DNA of 64,000 nt. Origin: Hormiphora californensis (Eukaryota > Animalia > Ctenophora). Below are positions 58,401-64,000 of the stretch, one piece after another (the stretch's first letter is position 1; every line of letters begins with the position of its first letter). The stretch spans positions 2,356,001 through 2,420,000 of the forward strand of contig CM035354.1 in NCBI GenBank assembly GCA_020137815.1. Reading direction: 5' to 3'. A program made the position numbers and the translations under genes. The notes under the pieces were generated by a model, which made no database searches, was not told where the DNA came from, and saw only the letters and a program-made list of their open reading frames with translations.

Positions 58401-61400
58401 CTAGTAAAGGAAGAACTAACGTGTTTTAATCTTTTTACATCTTACAGAATCTGACCACTGATGTGGAGACGCTGTATGGAACGATATTCTCCGTGACCTG
58501 TATCGTGGAGGGTGGAAGACAGCCGTACTACCTGGAAATATGGATGGACCATGTGAATGGAAGCAGACAGGACCTCATACTCTACGAGAAGGGGAGTGGT
58601 GCGGTGCCCAGCCAAGTCACTGTTGAGGATCACAAACTAACGGCAATCTACATTGTCAACAGTAGTGTATACAGTGATCACGGTCGTTACTTTTGCATGG
58701 GTAAGGAAATATAACCTCACATGATCACCCTGATTTGTATTTTCCACACCCTTCTGATTCACACGATTGATATAGAAAGATTGTAACGCTAACGTATAGG
58801 TAAAAACCGTGGCCGGGATAGTGAGGTATTTACTAAGGTTGATTACGAGGATATCGTTGTTGTAAAGGACATCACTGTCAGCCTGGATTACAGCGACAGT
58901 GATTCTGCTGTAGGATACACCATGCTAGGATCAAGTTATAACTTTACCTGCTATGTAAACGGTACGTGATCAATATGGTTTTAACTTTTGCCTAATCCCT
59001 TTCATATAAGAAAGAAGTTAGTTTCTAATTCATTCCTATTCTCAGCTGGTCGAATACCAATGTGGGTGGAGCTAAGATTTGAAGATGGGACTGTGATTGA
59101 GAGCACGGATAACCCTGAATTCTGTACACAAACGGACGACAACTCCATGACGTGTCTGTACGAGTCGGATACTGGTCACTACAAGAATCGTGGAGACATT
59201 AGTGAGGGGGCATGGTACACAGACGAGGGTCTTTACTATTGTTGGGTAAAGAACAGTGCGCTGGAGAGCGATGTGTGGTCACAAGTCAGCAACTCACAGG
59301 AGATCCTACTCGGTATGTTGTCAATCGTAACTCGGGACAATTGTAAACACATGGCATTAGCCAGAAAGTAGAAACTGACTTCATTATATCGTGCTTTAAA
59401 ATGCTTTTAAATCCATGTTGCCACAGGATTTGCAGTGGACGTTCAGATTTCACCATTTGATATGACGGAACACTACATCTACAGTCCGATGACAATATCA
59501 TGCTTTGTTGAAGCAGCACCCTGCCGCAACTGCTGTCTCTCTCATTACTCCACAGTACGTAGCTTGGAGGTTAAATCCGCTCTTCCATTGTTTATCTCCC
59601 TCTTTCTCTACCCCCTTTCTTCCTAGTCTCTCTCACTCTTCTCTCTCTATCTATATCTCGTTCCCCACTACAGAAAAGGAGTAAAAACATGGGAGATAGG
59701 AGAGTACAACGGGTTGGAGTGCGTCAACACGATGGATAGCCACTTTGTTGTCTGTGAACATGTCATCCATGCTCCCTCCTACATTGACGAAGGTACAGTG
59801 ACCGATCAATTATTGTTGTGGATGTATCTTACAGCTTACTTTCTCATTTAATATTATGCGTGTGTAATTTCCAGGTCAATACACATGTAATGCGACCAAT
59901 ACCTTCCCTGATGCCTCTGTGAACAGCGATAACTCATCAGTTGATGTCTACATTATGCAGGACATAGCTGTATCTCTACTCCGATACCCTATAGAAGATT
60001 TCGAGGTTCAGAAGCATGCTTCCATGTCCTTGACGTGTATTGTTGAAGGAGGGAGAGAGCCTCACTATCTCAGGCTGAAACAGAAGAACATTCTCAACCA
60101 GACTACAATTCATGCCCTGTATGATGCCGATAACGGTATCAGTGATAGTAATGTGATCTTCAGCGATCACAGTGTAGAGCAAGAGTATCATACTGCTACC
60201 TACATTCACAGGGTACGAGTTCACTTTGTTTAGACTTTAGAGCTATAGATATTTTCTGATACCTAAGTTGTTTATGGGTCACTTTATTCATTTTCCCCCT
60301 GCCAGGTTCCCAATACAAACTACACCGACGGGGGAATTTATACGTGCAAAGGGAAGATTTATCAAGCCGGACACCGGGAGATATTCGACATCCAAAACAA
60401 GACTGTCATTATAAGTAAGTCAAGCTGATTCATTGTAGTGTACACATCAACCCTAAATATATTTCTCAAATCTCAGTAAGCAAAGAGAAGAAGCAAGTTT
60501 TCAAAAAGTTTTGAAAACTTGCTTTTTCTCTTTGTAGCAAGCTCTCCAACTGGATAGAGCACTCACGCAAGATCATTTTTCTATTTCTCAGTAAGCGATG
60601 TGAGGATAACAGAATATGAGAATTACTACGTAATGTGGGGGTCGAGTCTGGAGATACAGTTTATGGTGGATGGGGGTAGAACACCCTATCTGATCGAGGT
60701 CTCCCACCCTAACCACGAGACTTTCATCAAGTATTACAAGGGCAATGACACTCACTGTCAGAATCATGGAGTCAACTGGAAGGAGTGCAAGAAAACCATT
60801 GATGTCATTGACTATAGTCACGAGGGAAGGTAGGAAGTCCATTGTAGAAAACCATTGATGTCATTGACTATAGTCACGAGGGAAGGTAGGAAGTCTATTG
60901 TAGAACACCATTGATGTCATTGATTATAGTCACGAGGGAAGGTAGGAAGTCTATTGTAGAACACCATTGATGTCATTGACTATAGTCACGAGGGAAGGTA
61001 GGGAATTGTAGAAACAGAACCACCATCAAAATTAGTAAAGCTGGGAATCAATATTCTGACGGATGTACATTTCCCGTTCAGGTGGAATATCACCGCTAAG
61101 AACAGGGCAACTCACGAGAGAGTTCTTGCCACAACTGTGATGTTCAACATCACCGTCTACAAACCGATGGAGACCTACATTACACCGAGTAAGAAATAAC
61201 AGACCGTAATTTACAGTTTTCATACATCAGGTCAACATTCAATCCTCTCAATTCCATATTTTAGGACAGGTGCAGTTCTGGTGCAGTTCAGATCTCCCCA
61301 GATTTATTCAATCTTATTCCATCTGCATCCCAGGTGTCGCAACGGATATCACATGGGGTACAGACTACACTATAACGTGCAATATTAAATCTGGAAGACC

Positions 61401-61611
61401 GGCCTACGAGATTCGACTAGAAACACCGCCTGATAGTCGTCTAGGTAAGTAGTTTGCTTAGATTCAAACCCTTCAATGATTATAACCGTGAATCAAGAAC
61501 TTGAAACAAACTCTTCCCAGGCACCCAGAAGTGGGATCCACACAACTCGAGCAATTGTCACGTCGTGAACTACAACAAAACCTTCGCATGGCAACATGAA
61601 TACGAGTGCAC
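40487..61611 (+). CDS. Giant multi-exon extracellular Ig-repeat protein (signal peptide, many atypical Ig-like domains, F5/8-like, kringle and Cys-rich modules); 3' end not seen
   Basis: Signal exon 40487-40556 MIRVLLWSLTLSLLVCTTLSATN; dozens of short GT-AG introns; repeated LTC..GGR.P(H/Y)Y and D.G.Y.C motifs (DQAYYGC, DIGQYYC, DIGRYYC, NEGLYSC, DHGRYFC, DEGLYYC, DGGIYTC). A few frameshifts are present, possibly sequence errors. Confidence 0.8.
42193..42781 (+). CDS. F5/8 type C / F-type lectin-like domain exons of the Ig gene
   Basis: LVIDND...NPTITLTFSEQFYVEFVRVWN...LYSAEIQVFG pattern. Confidence 0.6.
43094..43351 (+). CDS. Kringle domain exon (phase 1-1, 258 nt) of the Ig gene
   Basis: CTYGTGTEYRG...GVSCQDWSSSSPNSHSY...YPSAGLTGNYCRNPG...GPFC...RC.DIPIC; six Cys; absent from the ORF track because it has no start codon. 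Confidence 0.92.
44016..44125. mobile_element. 110-bp hairpin MITE, Academ-like
   Basis: TAG...CTA termini, ~51-bp near-perfect arms, 3-bp TSD acc. Confidence 0.75.
45045..56400 (+). repeat. Six tandem copies (last one partial and diverging) of a ~1.95-kb six-exon unit encoding 523 aa
   Basis: Units start at 45045, 46989, 48941, 51259, 53222, 55184; copy-1 exons are 108+218+174+804+138+127 = 1569 nt; introns are also near-identical. Confidence 0.97.
49367..49702. mobile_element. ~335-bp insertion unique to repeat copy 3 (intronic)
   Basis: Absent from the other five copies; bounded by atttaa on both sides. Confidence 0.7.
57536..57644. mobile_element. 109-bp hAT-type MITE, copy 4
   Basis: Same family; 8-bp TSD atctataa. 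Confidence 0.9.
60791..61002 (+). repeat. 56-bp tandem repeat x4 of an exon end plus splice donor
   Basis: gaaaaccattgatgtcattgactatagtcacgagggaag|gtaggaagtccattgta at 60791, 60847, 60903, 60959. Confidence 0.93.
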
Positions 61612-61617
61612 GTGAGT

Positions 61618-62420
61618 CTGTTTGTTTGTTTGTTTGTTTGTTTGTTTGTTAAAGACGTCTTAGGAACCTGGGATACTGAGTTCTCCCCCTCATCTTGGTC
61701 TACTCTGATAGTATTTTCATGCTAGCCTTGATGGAAAATATAGGGGAGACCCCAGTAACTCAGTCTTACTCCAACCGACATACACGATACCCAGTGGTAC
61801 CCTTGTTGGTACCGAACACAGAGTCTGATGCGGGCGACATCGCTGTCCTGGGTATCGTGCCGGATCTTGAAGTGTCTCCGACGTGGAGGGATTTTGGAAG
61901 AAGTGGGAATCGGGAAGAATAGAAGAGAGAGGTTGAGGAGCACATTTCTGATCTGAGAGGTCCCCATGATGACTCGAGGACAGTCGGGGAGATCAGAATG
62001 GCTATAATGGAGGGTGGATGTATGAAGGATTATCGTCCGTTGTAGTTAAGTCAAGACATAGTTCCTGTAACAGTTGGAGGGTAAGGTATATGGGAAAGGG
62101 AAGTGAACGGAGTGGATATAGTTTTCATGAATATATTAAATGGGTGGAAGCTGTGTGTGCTTGGCTGATCGTGGTAGAGCGATATGGCTGTCATTCCAGT
62201 TAACACTGCATTACAGAACCACCAGGAGATTTTGGGCCGTGGTAACCATAACCTGGGTGGTAGGAAAGGTGGCGGGCGTGGAGATAGCAGCCAGGATGCG
62301 ACGGATCTTATCATGGCTTCTATTTCCTTGTGAGTTGGGATGCAAGAACAGATATACGAGTACAGGACAGGGGAAAGACCTTATAATATAACATCGAGAT
62401 GTATATTAATATATATATGC
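61618..62420 (-). mobile_element. Degraded LINE-like fragment with a (CAAA)n tail
   Basis: Frameshifted endonuclease-like remnants on the - strand ending in (aaac)n at 61618-61650; noisy sequence. Confidence 0.4.
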
Positions 62421-63087
62421 CTAAGGGGGGGGGGGGGAAGGGAGTAAGGTAGGGTAGGAGAGGATGGGAAGGTAGGGTGAATTGGGGTAGAACCAAAGAA
62501 AATAACAAGATTGGAAAAAGAAGTGTAAAAGAAAAAAGTACAGTCGAGTCAGAAATAGAGTCACAAAAATACGAGTGCGCGGAAGTCAATGGTGTGAAGG
62601 AACTTGAGAATGGGTCTGGCATCGATGATGAGAGTGAGTGGAGAGTGAGTGGAGGTGAGTTGTGAAAAGAGAGATCCGGCTGGCTCCTACTGAATTACAG
62701 TAGTGAGAGTGAGTGAAATGAAGTAATGGACGGACTAAATCTAGTAATGGGGATGGTAGTCTGGAACTGGGATACAGAAGATAAGAAGAAAGTGGGATGG
62801 TAGGGAGCCTAATAGGGTTAAGCGGTGGATACCAGAAGGGGTAGAGAAAGAGATAACAGACTGGGGCAAGATGGGGAGATGAAGAGAAGGAAGAGAGAGT
62901 AAGAACTAAAACAGGAGAGAGAAAGAGATGAAAAAGGAGAAAGGGACGGAAATAGGCTGGAGCTGGAAGAGATGAAGAAGAGAAAGAGAGAAACTGCTAG
63001 AAGAAAGTGGCGGGAAAGAAAAATGCCGCCTAACGAGGAGAAAGGGGGAAAGAGAGGGAGATAGAGGGGGGGAAAGAAAAAGGGGGG

Positions 63088-63089
<2 letters not shown>

Positions 63090-63168
<79 letters not shown>
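63090..63168. repeat. (GA)n microsatellite within purine-rich noisy sequence
   Basis: Pure ga run. Confidence 0.9.
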
Positions 63169-63171
<3 letters not shown>

Positions 63172-64000
63172 AAGGAGAGAGAAGAAAAGAGAGAAAAAAG
63201 AAAGAAGAAACTCTTCCCTATACGAGGTCAGACCAATTCTACATGTGAAGTCAATGTATATTATTTATATAGTATAGTTTATATTATTATATATATAGTG
63301 TAAGTATAAGGAGAAAAGGTTGTAAATGGTAATCTCCCACAGGTCGTGGGCCAGACTTTATAAAAGAGGATATGTGTTATATGTTAGTCCCTCACAAGTC
63401 GTGAGTCAGACTATATGAAAGAGGAAGGTAGGAAGTCCTATTGTAGAACTAAAAGCATTGTATGGTCCACATATCTGAGTCACGATGAAAGTAGGAAGTC
63501 TATTGTAGAACACCATTGATGTCAGACTATATCACAAGAGGAAGGTAGGAATCGTGAAATCAGACACATACCAATCAAAATTAGTAAAGCTGGGAATCAA
63601 TATATAGACGGATGTAATTTCCCTCAGTGGAATCACCGCTAAGAAAAGAGGCAACTCAGAGAAGTCTTCACAACTGTGAGTTCAACATACTCTACAAACG
63701 ATGAGACTACATTAACGAGAAGAAATAACAGCACCGTAAATACAGTTCAAACTTGATGAAAAGTAAACTTGGGACAGGAAAAATGTCTCAATCGTTAAAT
63801 TACATAATTTTAGGACAGGTGCAGTTCTGGAGCAGTTCAGATCCCCCAGATCTACTCAATCTTATACATTTGCCTTTCAGGGTCGCAACGGATATACAGG
63901 GGAACAGACACACATACGTCAATAAACGAGACAGCACGAGATTCATCTGAAATATCCTTGATAGTGTTGTAAGTAGTTTGGTTAGATTGAAGTATTCTGT

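Noticed and set aside
63400-64000. Apparent second, degenerate copy of 60800-61480
   Set aside because: Indel-dense like an unpolished read at a contig edge; cannot be distinguished from a false duplication.

Overview
Intron-rich animal genomic DNA, probably a ctenophore (Pleurobrachia-like; inferred from a recalled 109-bp MITE and the domain repertoire, not from a search). Left to right: (1) a multi-exon TTC28-like TPR gene (+, 222 to ~15207, incomplete at both ends) whose introns hold MITEs, foldback elements, minisatellites and a 5'-truncated CR1-type LINE; (2) a 100-N gap followed by noisy sequence; (3) the 5' half of a PMCA Ca2+-ATPase gene (-); (4) a 4.6-kb foldback transposon with a 5-bp TSD; (5) a tight + strand cluster in which intronless NTAQ1 and an intronless ERI-type exonuclease lie in the same frame separated by one TAA, followed by a 4-exon ~830-aa membrane protein with CCPG1-like LIR/FIR-TM-coiled-coil architecture; (6) a giant secreted or surface Ig-repeat gene (+, 40487 to >61611) with kringle, F5/8-like and Cys-rich modules and six near-identical ~1.95-kb six-exon repeats; (7) a noisy end with a LINE-like fragment and a degraded duplicate. 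Exon boundaries were read by eye from GT/AG sites and frame continuity; no database searches were run.
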